From Alkalispirochaeta sp. (GTDB lineage: Bacteria; Spirochaetota; Spirochaetia; DSM-27196; Alkalispirochaetaceae): a stretch of DNA of 64,000 nucleotides. Below are positions 9,522 through 20,309 of this stretch, in pieces; position 1 is the first letter of the stretch, and the number at the start of each line of letters is the position of its first letter. The translations under genes were made by a program, and so were the position numbers. The stretch lies in the NCBI GenBank assembly GCA_965601925.1, contig OZ271854.1:3936001-4000000 (forward strand). Reading direction: 5' to 3'. The notes below the pieces were generated by a model. That model did not search any database. It saw only the letters and a program-made list of their open reading frames with translations, and was not told the DNA's origin.

Positions 9522-10522
9522 GGAGACCCGTGCAAAACAAAACGATACATCTTACGAAGATCGTTCTCCTTCTGGGCGCGTTCTTCGTCATCTCCGTGTT
9601 GATCTTCCTCTTGTACGGAACGCGGTTTTATAATTGGCGGAACATATCGTCGATCATGTTTCAGATGAGCGAATTCGCATTCCTCAGTATGGCGATGGCG
9701 ATCGCGATGCTCACCGGGGGAATCGACCTATCCGTCGTATCGAATATGAATCTCGCCGGTATCTTCGCGGCGTTCATTCTCACGAACGAGGCGCTGCTCG
9801 CCGGTTCGGGTACCGTGCCCGTTATGCTCCTCGCAATCGCCGTAGCCCTCGCGTCGGGATTGATCGGTGGGCTCTTCAACGGTCTGGTAATCGCCAAAGT
9901 CGGCGTACATTCGATTCTGACCACGATCGGAACGATGATGCTCTTTGCCGGAATCGGGATGATACTCACCGGGGGACGGGGGGTCGTAGGGTTTCCGCAG
10001 GAGTTCGCATTCGTCGGAAACGGAACCCTTCTCGGCATTCCCTTTCCGTTCATCTTGATGGTGATCTTTTTTTTGATCGTCGGCTTCTTGCTGAACCGTT
10101 CTCAATGGGGGCGCAATCTCTATCTGTACGGATCCAATCCCGTAGCGTCACGGTTTTCAGGGATACACAACGCTCGTACGATCGTTGTGACGTACGCTCT
10201 CGGCGGTTTTCTGACCGGAATCAGTGCACTCATCATGATCTCGAGAACCAACTCCGCGCGGGTCGGCTACGGTGAGTCGTATCTACTACAGGCGATCGTC
10301 GTATCGGTCATGGGGACGATGGATCCGAAGGGCGGTTCGGGAAAGTTCGCCGGCGTCTTTATATCCGTTGTGCTGTTACAAATGCTGTCCAGCGCATTTA
10401 CCCGCTTGGGAATAACCCCCTTCGCCCGCGGTCTGGTGTATGGAACGATTCTTCTCCTTATCATTATCGGGTACGAGACCGTATCGGGAAGAAAGATTAC
10501 TCTCGGCGGCGAAGGACTGTAG
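9518..10522 (+). CDS. sugar ABC transporter permease
   Basis: TGGIDLS, GSNPVASRFSGI; GTGA overlap. Confidence 0.92.
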   Translation: MRRPVQNKTIHLTKIVLLLGAFFVISVLIFLLYGTRFYNWRNISSIMFQMSEFAFLSMAMAIAMLTGGIDLSVVSNMNLAGIFAAFILTNEALLAGSGTVPVMLLAIAVALASGLIGGLFNGLVIAKVGVHSILTTIGTMMLFAGIGMILTGGRGVVGFPQEFAFVGNGTLLGIPFPFILMVIFFLIVGFLLNRSQWGRNLYLYGSNPVASRFSGIHNARTIVVTYALGGFLTGISALIMISRTNSARVGYGESYLLQAIVVSVMGTMDPKGGSGKFAGVFISVVLLQMLSSAFTRLGITPFARGLVYGTILLLIIIGYETVSGRKITLGGEGL

Positions 10523-10545
10523 TCGGCGACGGAGGAGGTAGACCA

Positions 10546-11547
10546 ATGCAACGAATTATCAACAACCCCGACAACGTCGTGGAGGATATGCTGAAGGGGT
10601 TCTTCAGGACCCACGGCGATATCGTCTCGGCCACCGACAACCCGCGGGTCGTCAAGTTCAAAGATGCCCCGATTGAAGGCAAGGTCGGCGTCGTTACCGG
10701 CGGCGGGAGCGGACACAAACCGGCGTTCATCGGATACGTCGGAAGAAACCTCGTGGACGCCGTCGCGGTGGGAGAAGTGTTCAGTTCGCCCACTGCGAAG
10801 GCGTTCTACGACGCCATACGCGCCGCCGATGCCGGAAAGGGGGTCGCGGTGCTCTATGGGAACTACGCCGGCGACGTCATGAACGTGAAAATGGCGGTCG
10901 AGGAGGCGGAGGAGGACGACATCGTGGTAGAGACGGTGTTGGCCAACGACGACGTGCCGAGCGCCCCGCGCGACGAGCGGGAGAAACGCCGCGGCGTCGC
11001 CGGCGAGGTGCTCATGTGGAAGGTCGGCGGCGCGAAAGCGGCCCTCGGCGGTACCTTGGACGAGGTCATCGCTGCGGCGCAAAAGGCGATCGACAACACC
11101 CGGAGCGTCGGTATCGGACTCACACCGTGCACCATCCCCGCGGTGGGCAAGCCCAACTTCTCCATCGAGCCCGGCACCATGGAGGTCGGTATCGGCCACC
11201 ACGGCGAACCGGGGATTACGGTGCAGGATCTGCAACCCGCGGACAAAATGGCCGAGATGTGTCTCGATATCGTCCTGCCCGATCTTCCCTTCGGCGCCGG
11301 CGACGAGGTCGTCGTGTTGGTGAGCGGACTGGGAGCTACGCCGGTAATGGAGCAGTACATCTTCTACAATCGTATCGCCGAGGTGCTGGAAGAGAAGAAC
11401 ATCGGCGTCTATCGGCCGTACGTGGGAAACTACTTCACCAGTTTGGAGATGATGGGCATCACCCTCACCGTAATGAAGCTCGATGAAGAGCTGAAGGAGC
11501 TCATTGATCTGGACGCCTATTCCATGGGGCTCAGGCAGCATGGCTGA
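10546..11547 (+). CDS. dhaK: dihydroxyacetone kinase family, K subunit
   Basis: GGGSGHKP, GEVFSSP, NYAGDVMN, RRGVAG, GHHGEPG. Confidence 0.92.
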   Translation: MQRIINNPDNVVEDMLKGFFRTHGDIVSATDNPRVVKFKDAPIEGKVGVVTGGGSGHKPAFIGYVGRNLVDAVAVGEVFSSPTAKAFYDAIRAADAGKGVAVLYGNYAGDVMNVKMAVEEAEEDDIVVETVLANDDVPSAPRDEREKRRGVAGEVLMWKVGGAKAALGGTLDEVIAAAQKAIDNTRSVGIGLTPCTIPAVGKPNFSIEPGTMEVGIGHHGEPGITVQDLQPADKMAEMCLDIVLPDLPFGAGDEVVVLVSGLGATPVMEQYIFYNRIAEVLEEKNIGVYRPYVGNYFTSLEMMGITLTVMKLDEELKELIDLDAYSMGLRQHG

Positions 11548-12226
11548 TGTATTTAAGAACCGCGAGGGTCGCGTGATCGTAGAGCGGTTGATCGAGGTAA
11601 TCCACGAGAATCGGGCGTATCTCAGTGAGCTCGACGGAAAGATCGGCGACGGAGACCATGGAATCAACATGGACAAAGGCTTCCAGCTGACGAAAGAGCG
11701 TCTGGAAGATGGAATGAATATGAGCGACGCTCTGAAGATCTTGGGGAGGACGCTCCTTCTTGAGATCGGTGGATCGATGGGCCCACTCTACGGGCAGTTC
11801 TACAAGGCGATGGCGAAGGCGAGTAAGGACGCTGAGGAGATCGGTGTCGGTACCCTCGCCGAGATGCTCGAGGCCGCCTACGAGGCGATCCGCACCTTGG
11901 GCGAGGCGAAACCGGGCGATAAAACGCTCGTCGACGCGCTGGCCCCGGCGACACACGCCGTCCGGGAGGCGGTCGATCGCGGGAAGAGCTTCGCCGAGGC
12001 GCTGGACGCGATGGTAGAGGCCGCCGAGACGGGGTGGAAGAGCACCGAGGATATGGTAGCCAAGATCGGCCGGTCGAGCCGGCTCGGTGAGCGGAGTCGG
12101 GGTGTTTTGGACGCCGGTGCTACGAGCTGTTACTTGATGCTGAAAAGCATCGCCGAGAGCGCGGGTGATTTGGCGTCAACAGAACCGTCGCGCACCGAGG
12201 CCTCGCCGGGTCCTTCGACCGGCTGA
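11540..12226 (+). CDS. dhaL: dihydroxyacetone kinase family, L subunit
   Basis: LDGKIGDGDHGINM, GGSMGPLYG, GDKTLVDAL, AKIGRSSRLGERS. Confidence 0.92.
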   Translation: MADVFKNREGRVIVERLIEVIHENRAYLSELDGKIGDGDHGINMDKGFQLTKERLEDGMNMSDALKILGRTLLLEIGGSMGPLYGQFYKAMAKASKDAEEIGVGTLAEMLEAAYEAIRTLGEAKPGDKTLVDALAPATHAVREAVDRGKSFAEALDAMVEAAETGWKSTEDMVAKIGRSSRLGERSRGVLDAGATSCYLMLKSIAESAGDLASTEPSRTEASPGPSTG

Positions 12227-12283
12227 GCGCGCGGCGAGGCCGCCGTCCGGCGTTCCGGTAACGCTACGCGGCCTACAGGAGGC

Positions 12284-13990
12284 TTACTCGTTCTCTCGCT
12301 TGTTGCGCACGACTCGCGCCCAGCTGTCCTTAAGCGTTACCGCACGATTGAAGACCGGACGATCGGGACGCGAATACTTCTCGTCACGGCGGAAGTAGCC
12401 GGTGCGTAAGAATTGCACCGCGGAATCGGACTCTCGGTCCGCCAATGCCGGTTCGATATACCCTTCCTTGACGGTCAAGGAATCGGGTGATACGGCAACG
12501 GTAAAATCTTCTCCCTCCGCAACGTCGTACGGGTTCTCGCGGTCGAAGAGCGGTCCGTAGAGGCGAAACTCGGAAGCGACGGCGTGAGGCGCCGATACCC
12601 AGTGGAGGGTACCCTTTACTTTGCGACCATCGGGGCTCTCGCCGCCTCGACTTTCCGGATCGTAGGTGCAGCGCAGCTCTACGACCCTTCCCTCTCCGTC
12701 ACGTACCACCTCGTTGCACGTGACGAAGTAGGCGTACTTAAGGCGCACCTCGCGTCCCGGGCCGAGGCGAAACCACTTTCTGGGCGGATCGTCCATGAAG
12801 TCGTCCCGCTCCACATACAGTTCGCCGCTGAAGGGGATACGCCGCGCTCCCGCCGACGGATCCTCGGGATTGTTTTCCGCATCGAACCAATCGACGTCGC
12901 CGGCCGGCCAGTTGGTAATGGTCAGTTTAATCGGGTCGACCACGGCCATGTACCGCTCGGCGCGAGGATTGAGGTCTTCCCGAAGACTGAACTCCAAGAG
13001 TGATAGGTCCACGACGCTGTTGGTCTTGGAGACGCCGACGCGTTTGCAGAAATTGCGTATCGCCTCGCTTGTGTATCCTCGGCGACGTAAGCCGGACAGC
13101 GTCGGCATCCGAGGGTCGTCCCACCCGTCAACGTAACCCTCTTCCACCAACCGTAGGAGTCTGCGCTTGCTCATTACCGTGTATGTTAGGTTGAGGCGGG
13201 CAAACTCGACTTGACGCGGCGTAGAGGGAACCGGCAGTTGCTCGATGAACCAGTCGTATAGCGGCCGATTGTTCTCAAACTCGAGAGTACAGATCGAATG
13301 CGTAACGCCCTCGATCGCATCGGACTGACCGTGGGTGAAATCGTAGGTCGGGTAGATACACCACGCGTCGCCGGTACGATGGTGGTGGACGTGGCGAATC
13401 CGATAGAGCGCGGGGTCGCGCATGGTGATGTTGGGGTGCGCCATATCGATCTTGGCACGGAGAATCAGACTGCCATCCTCGAACTCGCCATCTCGCATGC
13501 GGCGGAACAGATCGGCGTTCTCCTCCACGGGCCGGTCGCGCCACGGGCTGTTTTTTCCCGGTTCGGTGGGTGTGCCGCGATACTCGCGAATCTCCTCGGC
13601 GCTCAGCTCGTCGACATAGGCGAGCCCCTTCTCTATCAGATAGTGTGCCCACTGATACAGCTGCTCGAAATAGTCGGAGGCGTAGTACAGGCGATCCTCC
13701 CAATCGTATCCGAGCCAACGAATATCGTTCTGGATCGACTCTACGTACTCGGTGTCCTCTTTGACCGGGTTGGTGTCGTCGAAACGGAGGTTGCACAGAC
13801 CGCCGAACTCCTCGGCGATACCGAAGTTCAATACGATCGACTTGGCATGGCCGATGTGGAGATATCCGTTTGGCTCCGGAGGAAAGCGCGTGTGGACCTT
13901 CGCTTTCTTTCCCGCGATGTCCTCGGAAACGATCGTTCGTATGAAATCGAGCCCCGCGCCGTCCGCGCGTTCGGTAGGACTGTATGACAT
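12284..13990 (-). CDS. glnS: glutamine--tRNA ligase
   Basis: [31 protein letters not shown]. Confidence 0.97.
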   Translation of the reverse strand: MSYSPTERADGAGLDFIRTIVSEDIAGKKAKVHTRFPPEPNGYLHIGHAKSIVLNFGIAEEFGGLCNLRFDDTNPVKEDTEYVESIQNDIRWLGYDWEDRLYYASDYFEQLYQWAHYLIEKGLAYVDELSAEEIREYRGTPTEPGKNSPWRDRPVEENADLFRRMRDGEFEDGSLILRAKIDMAHPNITMRDPALYRIRHVHHHRTGDAWCIYPTYDFTHGQSDAIEGVTHSICTLEFENNRPLYDWFIEQLPVPSTPRQVEFARLNLTYTVMSKRRLLRLVEEGYVDGWDDPRMPTLSGLRRRGYTSEAIRNFCKRVGVSKTNSVVDLSLLEFSLREDLNPRAERYMAVVDPIKLTITNWPAGDVDWFDAENNPEDPSAGARRIPFSGELYVERDDFMDDPPRKWFRLGPGREVRLKYAYFVTCNEVVRDGEGRVVELRCTYDPESRGGESPDGRKVKGTLHWVSAPHAVASEFRLYGPLFDRENPYDVAEGEDFTVAVSPDSLTVKEGYIEPALADRESDSAVQFLRTGYFRRDEKYSRPDRPVFNRAVTLKDSWARVVRNKRENE

Positions 13991-14025
13991 GTTGTATTGC
14001 TTCCCCTCTCGTCGGTTATCGAGCG

Positions 14026-14613
14026 TTACACGCCGTCCGATGCCGGGTTCCCGGCAAGACCGATACGTTCCGCCGCCTTCTGCATTCCCGCGAGCGTCTC
14101 TGCGATGACCTCATCGAGAGGGACATCGAGTAGCTCGGCTCCCGCGGCGATGACCTCGCGGTTGGCTCCGGCGGCAAAGCTTTTATCTTTCCACTTCTTT
14201 TTGATGGACTTTACCTTCATGTCGAGAATGCTTTTTGACGGTCGAACGAGGGCCGTGGCGGTGATGAGACCGGTCAGCTCGTCGATCGTATAGAGCACCT
14301 TCTCCATCACGTGCTCCGGCTTGTCCTCGGTGAACATTCCCCAGGCGTGGCTGCGTACCGCACGAATCCACTCCTCGGGCCATCCCTCCTCCGCTAAGAT
14401 GCGGGTAGTTTGCTGGCAGTGCTCGTCGGGATAGCGTTCCCAGTCCAGGTCGTGCACCAGTCCGATAACTCCCCATTGCTCGGGATCCTCGCCGTACTTC
14501 TCGGCAAAGTGGCGCATCACCGCCTCTACGGAGAGGGCGTGGTTAATGAGACTCTCACTCTCGGTATAGCGACGCAGCAGTGCGTACGCGTGTTCACGAT
14601 CGGGTGTAGCCAT
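14026..14613 (-). CDS. HD (HDIG) domain hydrolase
   Basis: [34 protein letters not shown]. Confidence 0.85.
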   Translation of the reverse strand: MATPDREHAYALLRRYTESESLINHALSVEAVMRHFAEKYGEDPEQWGVIGLVHDLDWERYPDEHCQQTTRILAEEGWPEEWIRAVRSHAWGMFTEDKPEHVMEKVLYTIDELTGLITATALVRPSKSILDMKVKSIKKKWKDKSFAAGANREVIAAGAELLDVPLDEVIAETLAGMQKAAERIGLAGNPASDGV

Positions 14614-14663
14614 GAAATGAGCATAGCGGAAAGTCGACGGGGTGGAAACCGCTTATCGGGTCC

Positions 14664-15380
14664 TCATAGATCGAGGCCGATGCGCTCCGGCGGATAATCC
14701 AACTCGTGCAATAGCCAGCGGCCGAAGGCGTGGAGTGCGGCAAACGGCGCGTCTCGACCGCGGCCGGCGGAGATGGCGAGCGCATAGTTGATCCTGTCGC
14801 GGGCGATTTCCGCGGTGGCGGGATGCGCGCGATCCTGATACCGGATGACGCCGTCGAGGCCGCGTAACACGACGCGACGAACCGGAGAATAGACCATTGC
14901 GTGGCGCTCCGTGAGGGTAAAGTTGCCCTGATGCATGAGAAATCCTTGGAAAATAGAGACGAATGCCGCGTCGTACTCGTAGGCCCAATACAGTACCGAG
15001 CGAATCACCGCGGCGTTTCGCTTGCGAAGCGTCGCGCGGGAACGCACTCTCCACACGGCCAAGCCCAGCGACTGAAAACGATACAACGCCGCATACAGGG
15101 CCGGCCGCGGCGCCAAATCGGACGAAAGACCGAGCTCCACGAGAAACGCCCGCGGATCGAACTGGCTGCGGAGCGTTTCTCGACGCCTTAAGACGCTCCA
15201 CTGTTCGCGGTAGCGCTCGAACTCCTCTCGAAAATAGAGAAACAGACGACCGTCGTCTCCCAAGCGATCCGGGTGAGTACGCTTTATCAATGTGCGATAG
15301 ATGCGCTCGAGCTCGATCGACTCATCCGGCGGGTTGGCTCGGAGGCGAGTAAAAATCTCGTCCAGGGATACGCGGTCCAT
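14664..15380 (-). CDS. hypothetical protein with N-terminal J-domain-like segment
   Basis: YRTLIKRTHPD motif; start placed at MDRVSL. Confidence 0.65.
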   Translation of the reverse strand: MDRVSLDEIFTRLRANPPDESIELERIYRTLIKRTHPDRLGDDGRLFLYFREEFERYREQWSVLRRRETLRSQFDPRAFLVELGLSSDLAPRPALYAALYRFQSLGLAVWRVRSRATLRKRNAAVIRSVLYWAYEYDAAFVSIFQGFLMHQGNFTLTERHAMVYSPVRRVVLRGLDGVIRYQDRAHPATAEIARDRINYALAISAGRGRDAPFAALHAFGRWLLHELDYPPERIGLDL

Positions 15381-15394
15381 CGGTGTATATGCGA

Positions 15395-16198
15395 CTACTC
15401 CCGCACATTTGGATCGGCGCTCTCGTCGGGGCGATAGACAACCGCCGTTTCGAGAGGGTCTCCCGGGCAGATTTCGACGACACGATAGCCCGGGCCGATC
15501 GGATGGGGAAGAAACGTTTCCGAGGTGGGATCGATCTGCATGTAGAGCGACGGCGTACAGTACTGGTGTATTCCTCCGCGTACCAGATGCGACTCCCAGT
15601 GGTAATGCCCGCAGAAGATCGATATATCGAGATCGTGTGCGTACGCGTCGAGGATCGTCTTCGCCTCCGCCGCGCCCGCCAATGGATAGTTGGCATCCAT
15701 GTATCGATGAAAACCGGTCAATATCGGGTGGTGACACCACACCGTCAGATATCGCGTCCGTTGGCCGGTCCGGGCGGCGGCGGCGCACGAGGATAGTACC
15801 GAGTCGAGCCAGAGGAGCTGCTGCACCGTCACCTCGCCGTCGCCGGTATCGAGCATCACCATGGGCACACCACCGATGTCGACGTGGCGGTCGATAAAGG
15901 GAGCGCTATCCGTCGTCCGATATCGGCGGCCGAAGATGTCGGCGAAGACACTACGATCGTCGTGGTTGCCCGGCATGACCAGATAGTCGCACGGCAGGCG
16001 ATCAAGCCACAGGGCGAGTTCGGAGTAGGTCTCGCGCGTCCCGTGGCGAAAGGCTAAATCACCGGTGACGAGTACCGCATTGGCGCCGGTCTCCGCCACC
16101 GACCGGAGTGCCCACTCGAGGTGTTCCCATACCGGAATATCCCGAGGGCGAGGTTCCTTCACGTCCACGTGAAGATCGGTGAGCTGTACGATTCGCAC
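15395..16198 (-). CDS. calcineurin-like metallophosphoesterase (CpdA/Icc-like)
   Basis: TDLH, TGDL, PGNHD, HHP, GHYH. Confidence 0.9.
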   Translation of the reverse strand: MRIVQLTDLHVDVKEPRPRDIPVWEHLEWALRSVAETGANAVLVTGDLAFRHGTRETYSELALWLDRLPCDYLVMPGNHDDRSVFADIFGRRYRTTDSAPFIDRHVDIGGVPMVMLDTGDGEVTVQQLLWLDSVLSSCAAAARTGQRTRYLTVWCHHPILTGFHRYMDANYPLAGAAEAKTILDAYAHDLDISIFCGHYHWESHLVRGGIHQYCTPSLYMQIDPTSETFLPHPIGPGYRVVEICPGDPLETAVVYRPDESADPNVRE

Positions 16199-16269
16199 AC
16201 TCCAAGTATGCCTCGAAACGCGACGAATGTGTATCCACGGAGGGGCCGGTCCCCTATACTCGCACCCGT

Positions 16270-16935
16270 ATGGGTACACTGGTCTACATGGATTCCGATC
16301 TTGTCGTTCTATCCAAGCGTTCCGGAGAGGCCGTTGCCGGACGACGCCCGGAGCATCGCGCACTCATCACCGAATGGCGACGTCGGCTCGGTGAACCGGC
16401 GCTGCAGCCGGTACATCGTATCGACCAGCCGGTGAGCGGACTCGTAGTGCTGAGTCGTAACCGCCGTGCGTTCGCAAATCTCCAGCGCGCTCTACAGGCC
16501 GGTGCGGTGCGGCGCGTCTACCTCGCGGTGGTGGACGGAACCCCCGACCCGCCGTCGGGAGTATTGGAAGATCGAATCGCGATAGAGACGGGGCGTAATC
16601 GCAGTCGCATCGATGAGGCGGGCAAAGAGTCGCGGTTGACCTATGAGCTGATCGGCCGTACGGACCACCACGCGGTGCTGAAAGTGACGCTCGACACAGG
16701 ACGGCACCATCAAATCCGCGTGCAGTTGGGTAGTCGGGGTTGGCACGTAGTGGGTGACGCCAAGTACGGAGCGCGCCGGGCGATGAGCGACCGCAGCATC
16801 GCGCTTCACGCCCGTTACCTCTCCTTCCCTCACCCGTCACGACCGGTCCGCGTCGCCTGCATCGCGCCCATGCCCGAGCGGCCGCTGTGGCGCGCGGTGC
16901 GGGAGCTCTACGATTCCTCGTCCGAGGAGTCGTGA
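16270..16935 (+). CDS. RluA family pseudouridine synthase
   Basis: VHRIDQPVSG, TGRHHQIR, VGDAKYG, LHA. Confidence 0.92.
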   Translation: MGTLVYMDSDLVVLSKRSGEAVAGRRPEHRALITEWRRRLGEPALQPVHRIDQPVSGLVVLSRNRRAFANLQRALQAGAVRRVYLAVVDGTPDPPSGVLEDRIAIETGRNRSRIDEAGKESRLTYELIGRTDHHAVLKVTLDTGRHHQIRVQLGSRGWHVVGDAKYGARRAMSDRSIALHARYLSFPHPSRPVRVACIAPMPERPLWRAVRELYDSSSEES

Positions 16936-17621
16936 CCGTCGCCCAGGTGTATCGCCAGGGCGTTCACCACTGAGTGCATTAAATTGACGTCCGTCTGGCG
17001 CGCCGCGCCGATGCGTTCCATAAGTCGCTTGTAACGGGCGCGACCCGGGTCGAATCCGAGACTAGGTAACATCCGCGATAGCTTCTCCGCAAGCGCGCGG
17101 ACGCTCTCTTCGTCGCCTTCCCGCACGAGCGGACGCGCGACGTCCAGAAGCAGGGGCGAAAGCGCGTAGGTGTACACCATGACCGCCTGCGCCAAGTTGA
17201 GCGAGGGATACGGACGCCTCATCGGTACGGCGCTCACGATTTGGCAAAGATCCAGCTCGGCGTTACTCAGACCGCTCTCCTCGCAGCCGAACACTATGGC
17301 GATACGGTTACCCCGACCACCGTCGGCGAGCATGGTGCGCAGCTCGTCGGGGGTGTAGTAGTCGCTGCGCTTACCCCGTCTGCGTCCGGTAGTGGCGACG
17401 GCAAGATCGACGTCTGCAAGCGCCTTGGGAAGCGTGGTATATCGACGCGCTCCCTCGAGAATGTCCCGCGACCCGTGCGCGAAGGCGAGCGCCTCGGGAG
17501 AATCCAGCGGCGCATCGCCGGTCAATCTGAGGTCGGTAAAGCCCATGGTCTTCATAGCTCGCGCCGCGGCACCGATGTTTCCTCCCCGCGCCGGCGCTAC
17601 CAGCACAATCGAAAACTCCAT
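16908..17621 (-). CDS. SPOUT tRNA/rRNA methyltransferase (TrmJ/LasT family)
   Basis: NIGAAARAMKTMG, VFGCEESGLSN, SLNLAQAV. Confidence 0.9.
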   Translation of the reverse strand: MEFSIVLVAPARGGNIGAAARAMKTMGFTDLRLTGDAPLDSPEALAFAHGSRDILEGARRYTTLPKALADVDLAVATTGRRRGKRSDYYTPDELRTMLADGGRGNRIAIVFGCEESGLSNAELDLCQIVSAVPMRRPYPSLNLAQAVMVYTYALSPLLLDVARPLVREGDEESVRALAEKLSRMLPSLGFDPGRARYKRLMERIGAARQTDVNLMHSVVNALAIHLGDGHDSSDEES

Positions 17622-17631
17622 CGCGTACGAC

Positions 17632-18216
17632 TCACGCCTTGTCGGTGCGGCGACCGTAGTTACGCGGCGTAGCGTAGAATACGAGCGTTCCGTTGGCGCC
17701 GGCGGGGACGAGCTCCTCGAATGCGATTCTGCACACGCCGAGGGTCGGAATGTTTTCCAAACGGGAGCCGGTGCACACCTCGACCGCCTCGGTGATGCCG
17801 GGGTTGTGCGCGCAGATCCATACCTCATCCGCCTCCAGGAGTGCCGAGTACGCGATATCCCATAGCGTCTCAGCGTCGGCGAGATAGAGTTCGTCCCGCC
17901 ACTCCGGCTCCGGATATGCCCCGGAGCGAGCTGCGTCGTCGCCCCGCGGTCTGGAGACCGCTTTGGTCTTCCGCGCCAGGGCATCCGCCTCTTCCGCGGT
18001 CCGTCGAGCGGCCTCGGTGAGGCGCACCACCGTTTGGCGGACGCGTTGTGCGCTACTCCCCAAGATCATCGCCGGTACCGGAAGCTCACGGGCAATCGTA
18101 TGCCCCATGTGGACGCAGTCGTGCTCGCCCCGTGCGTTCAGCTCTCTTTCGATATCGGCGCTTCCTCGGTCCTTCCAGCTCGATTTAGCGTGTCGTATCA
18201 GCGTCAAGTATTTCAC
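17632..18216 (-). CDS. SixA-like histidine phosphatase
   Basis: RHAKSSW, SSAQR, AHNPG. Confidence 0.88.
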   Translation of the reverse strand: MKYLTLIRHAKSSWKDRGSADIERELNARGEHDCVHMGHTIARELPVPAMILGSSAQRVRQTVVRLTEAARRTAEEADALARKTKAVSRPRGDDAARSGAYPEPEWRDELYLADAETLWDIAYSALLEADEVWICAHNPGITEAVEVCTGSRLENIPTLGVCRIAFEELVPAGANGTLVFYATPRNYGRRTDKA

Positions 18217-19513
18217 GGTTGTCCCTCGTAAGAGCGGTGCGTAATGCCCGGATCATATAATCAATATCGATGAGTGCCGCCGTCTCGCGCGCCGAGTGCA
18301 TTGCCAGCATCGGGATACCGAGATCGAGTCCTCGTATCGCCAGACGCGAGGCCACGAAGGGACCTACCGTGGAACCGGTGGGTATATCCGAGCGATTCTG
18401 CAGGTACTGGAGCGGCACGTCGGCCTCGCGACAGACCGCGGCAAACCAGCCGCTCACCGATAGATCGCCGATATAGCTCATCTTCACGCTCTTCTTAATC
18501 GCCGGACCACCGCCTACCACCGGCGCGTACCCCGCGTCGTGTTTGTCGGCATAGTTCGGGTGTATCGCATGTGCGCCGTCGTTGGAGATAAGGATCGTCC
18601 TGGCGAGGGTACGGTCGACGGCCTCTCGTCGTTCATCCAGGGCCCGAACGATACGCGTCAGCGAACGGCGCAAAAAGTCTCCCGCGGCGCCGACTGCCGA
18701 CGCGTTTCCGATCTCCTCGTGGTTAAAAAACACCGCCATACGCCCGTGATCGACCGTCGCGTCGTCGCACAGCGCCTCCGCGTTCGTATAGCAACCTGCG
18801 GCGTTATCGATTCGCTGACTCACGACGAGTTTGCGATCGCCGTCGCCGAGGAGACGCGCCGTCTCGACGGGAACCACCGAGAGATCGGCGTCCAAAACGC
18901 GCGCAGGATCAAAATCGGCGTGGTCCGCCAAACGCTCAAAGAGCCACGTCGTAGCCGACGGTTCCCCCCGCGACGCGTCGCCTGTGAGGCCGAAGAGCGC
19001 CTGCATGTGGTCCTGTCGGTTGTACGTTGCCGCCGCGTTGACGTCTCGATTGAGATGAATTGCAAGATTGGGAATGATCGCCAGGGGACGCTTAGTGTCG
19101 ATGGGTACGACGCGCGTCGAGCCGCCTCCGTCGTCTACTACGACCGACCCGACGACGGCGAGATCCCGGTCGAGCCACGTCGCCAGAATCGGTCCGCCGT
19201 ACACCTCGACGGGGACGCGCACGAATCCGTCGACGTAACGCGCGGACCGGTGTTTTAAGCGTAGTCCCGGACTGTCGGTGTGGGCGGCCAATAGCACGAT
19301 CCCGGCGTCCGACGGCGGAAGCCTGCCGGCACGATAGGCGAGTACCGTCCCGCCGTATACGACGAAGAATGCGTCGTTTTCGGTGAGATGCCACGGTTCA
19401 CCAATCGCAAGGCGGCGAAATCCCGCCTCCTGCAACCTGGAAGCGATGGAGCGAGCGACGCCGGCGCTGCTCACTCCGGTGTCCAAAAAACGAACAAAAT
19501 CGGTCACGGCCAT
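18185..19513 (-). CDS. M18 family aminopeptidase
   Basis: AHTDSP, YGG..TWLDRDL, HEEIG, AHAIHPNY, LAMHSARE. Confidence 0.92.
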   Translation of the reverse strand: MAVTDFVRFLDTGVSSAGVARSIASRLQEAGFRRLAIGEPWHLTENDAFFVVYGGTVLAYRAGRLPPSDAGIVLLAAHTDSPGLRLKHRSARYVDGFVRVPVEVYGGPILATWLDRDLAVVGSVVVDDGGGSTRVVPIDTKRPLAIIPNLAIHLNRDVNAAATYNRQDHMQALFGLTGDASRGEPSATTWLFERLADHADFDPARVLDADLSVVPVETARLLGDGDRKLVVSQRIDNAAGCYTNAEALCDDATVDHGRMAVFFNHEEIGNASAVGAAGDFLRRSLTRIVRALDERREAVDRTLARTILISNDGAHAIHPNYADKHDAGYAPVVGGGPAIKKSVKMSYIGDLSVSGWFAAVCREADVPLQYLQNRSDIPTGSTVGPFVASRLAIRGLDLGIPMLAMHSARETAALIDIDYMIRALRTALTRDNREILDADTTR

Positions 19514-19553
19514 GTGTACTCCACTATAGTTGATGTCGGGCGCGCTCGATATA

Positions 19554-20309
19554 TCATTGCGCGCTGTGAAACGCGGCCAATACGTTCCGCGCAAGCTCCA
19601 CGTCGTCGGTTACGATGCCGTCCACACCGATAGTCGCCGCTGCGCGAATTGAACGCGCATCATTCAATGTCCATACATCGACGGCGATGCGACGGCGATG
19701 GAGAAAGCGCACGAAACCGCGCGTCGCCAAGGGCACGACACCGTAGCGTCGGGGAATTTGAACGGCGAACGCCGGCGTATCGACGGTGCCCCCCAGAAAG
19801 CGTGCGCGCAGGAGCGCCTTTACCTCGTCCGGGTGTGCCGAGGTGCGTACCTCCGGCGCTATTGAGCGAAAGTATTCCAGCGCCTTGGGAAGAAAGCTCG
19901 CGACGGTCGTACGCGATAGTGCGTCGTGGCGACCGAGCAAGTCATACACCGAACGGGCCAATGCGGGCTCCGCCGTCTTCAGGTCGATATTGAAATGAAC
20001 CTCGGAACAGCAAGCGAGCACATCGTCCAAGGAGCTGATACGACACTCGCGGTGCACCGTGCCGGACTCGTCACGCATCGGATGTCTCTGCAATTCCGAT
20101 AGCGCCAGTTCCGAGACCGCGCCGCTGCCGCCGCAAACACGATCGATCACCTCGTCGTGAATCACCACAACCCGTCCGTCGCGACTCAGCCGCACGTCCA
20201 GTTCGAGAACGTCGGCTCCCGCGGCGATGCCCGCCAAGAACGCCGAAATACTGTTCTCAGGAAGACGACCGGCGCTTCCGCCGCGATGGGCGAGTATTTT
20301 CACCCCCAC
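19554..20309 (-). CDS. glycerophosphodiester phosphodiesterase family
   Basis: AHRGG, PENS, ELDV, VIHD, NIDLK, VWTLN, GIVTD. Confidence 0.9.
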   Translation of the reverse strand: MGVKILAHRGGSAGRLPENSISAFLAGIAAGADVLELDVRLSRDGRVVVIHDEVIDRVCGGSGAVSELALSELQRHPMRDESGTVHRECRISSLDDVLACCSEVHFNIDLKTAEPALARSVYDLLGRHDALSRTTVASFLPKALEYFRSIAPEVRTSAHPDEVKALLRARFLGGTVDTPAFAVQIPRRYGVVPLATRGFVRFLHRRRIAVDVWTLNDARSIRAAATIGVDGIVTDDVELARNVLAAFHSAQ

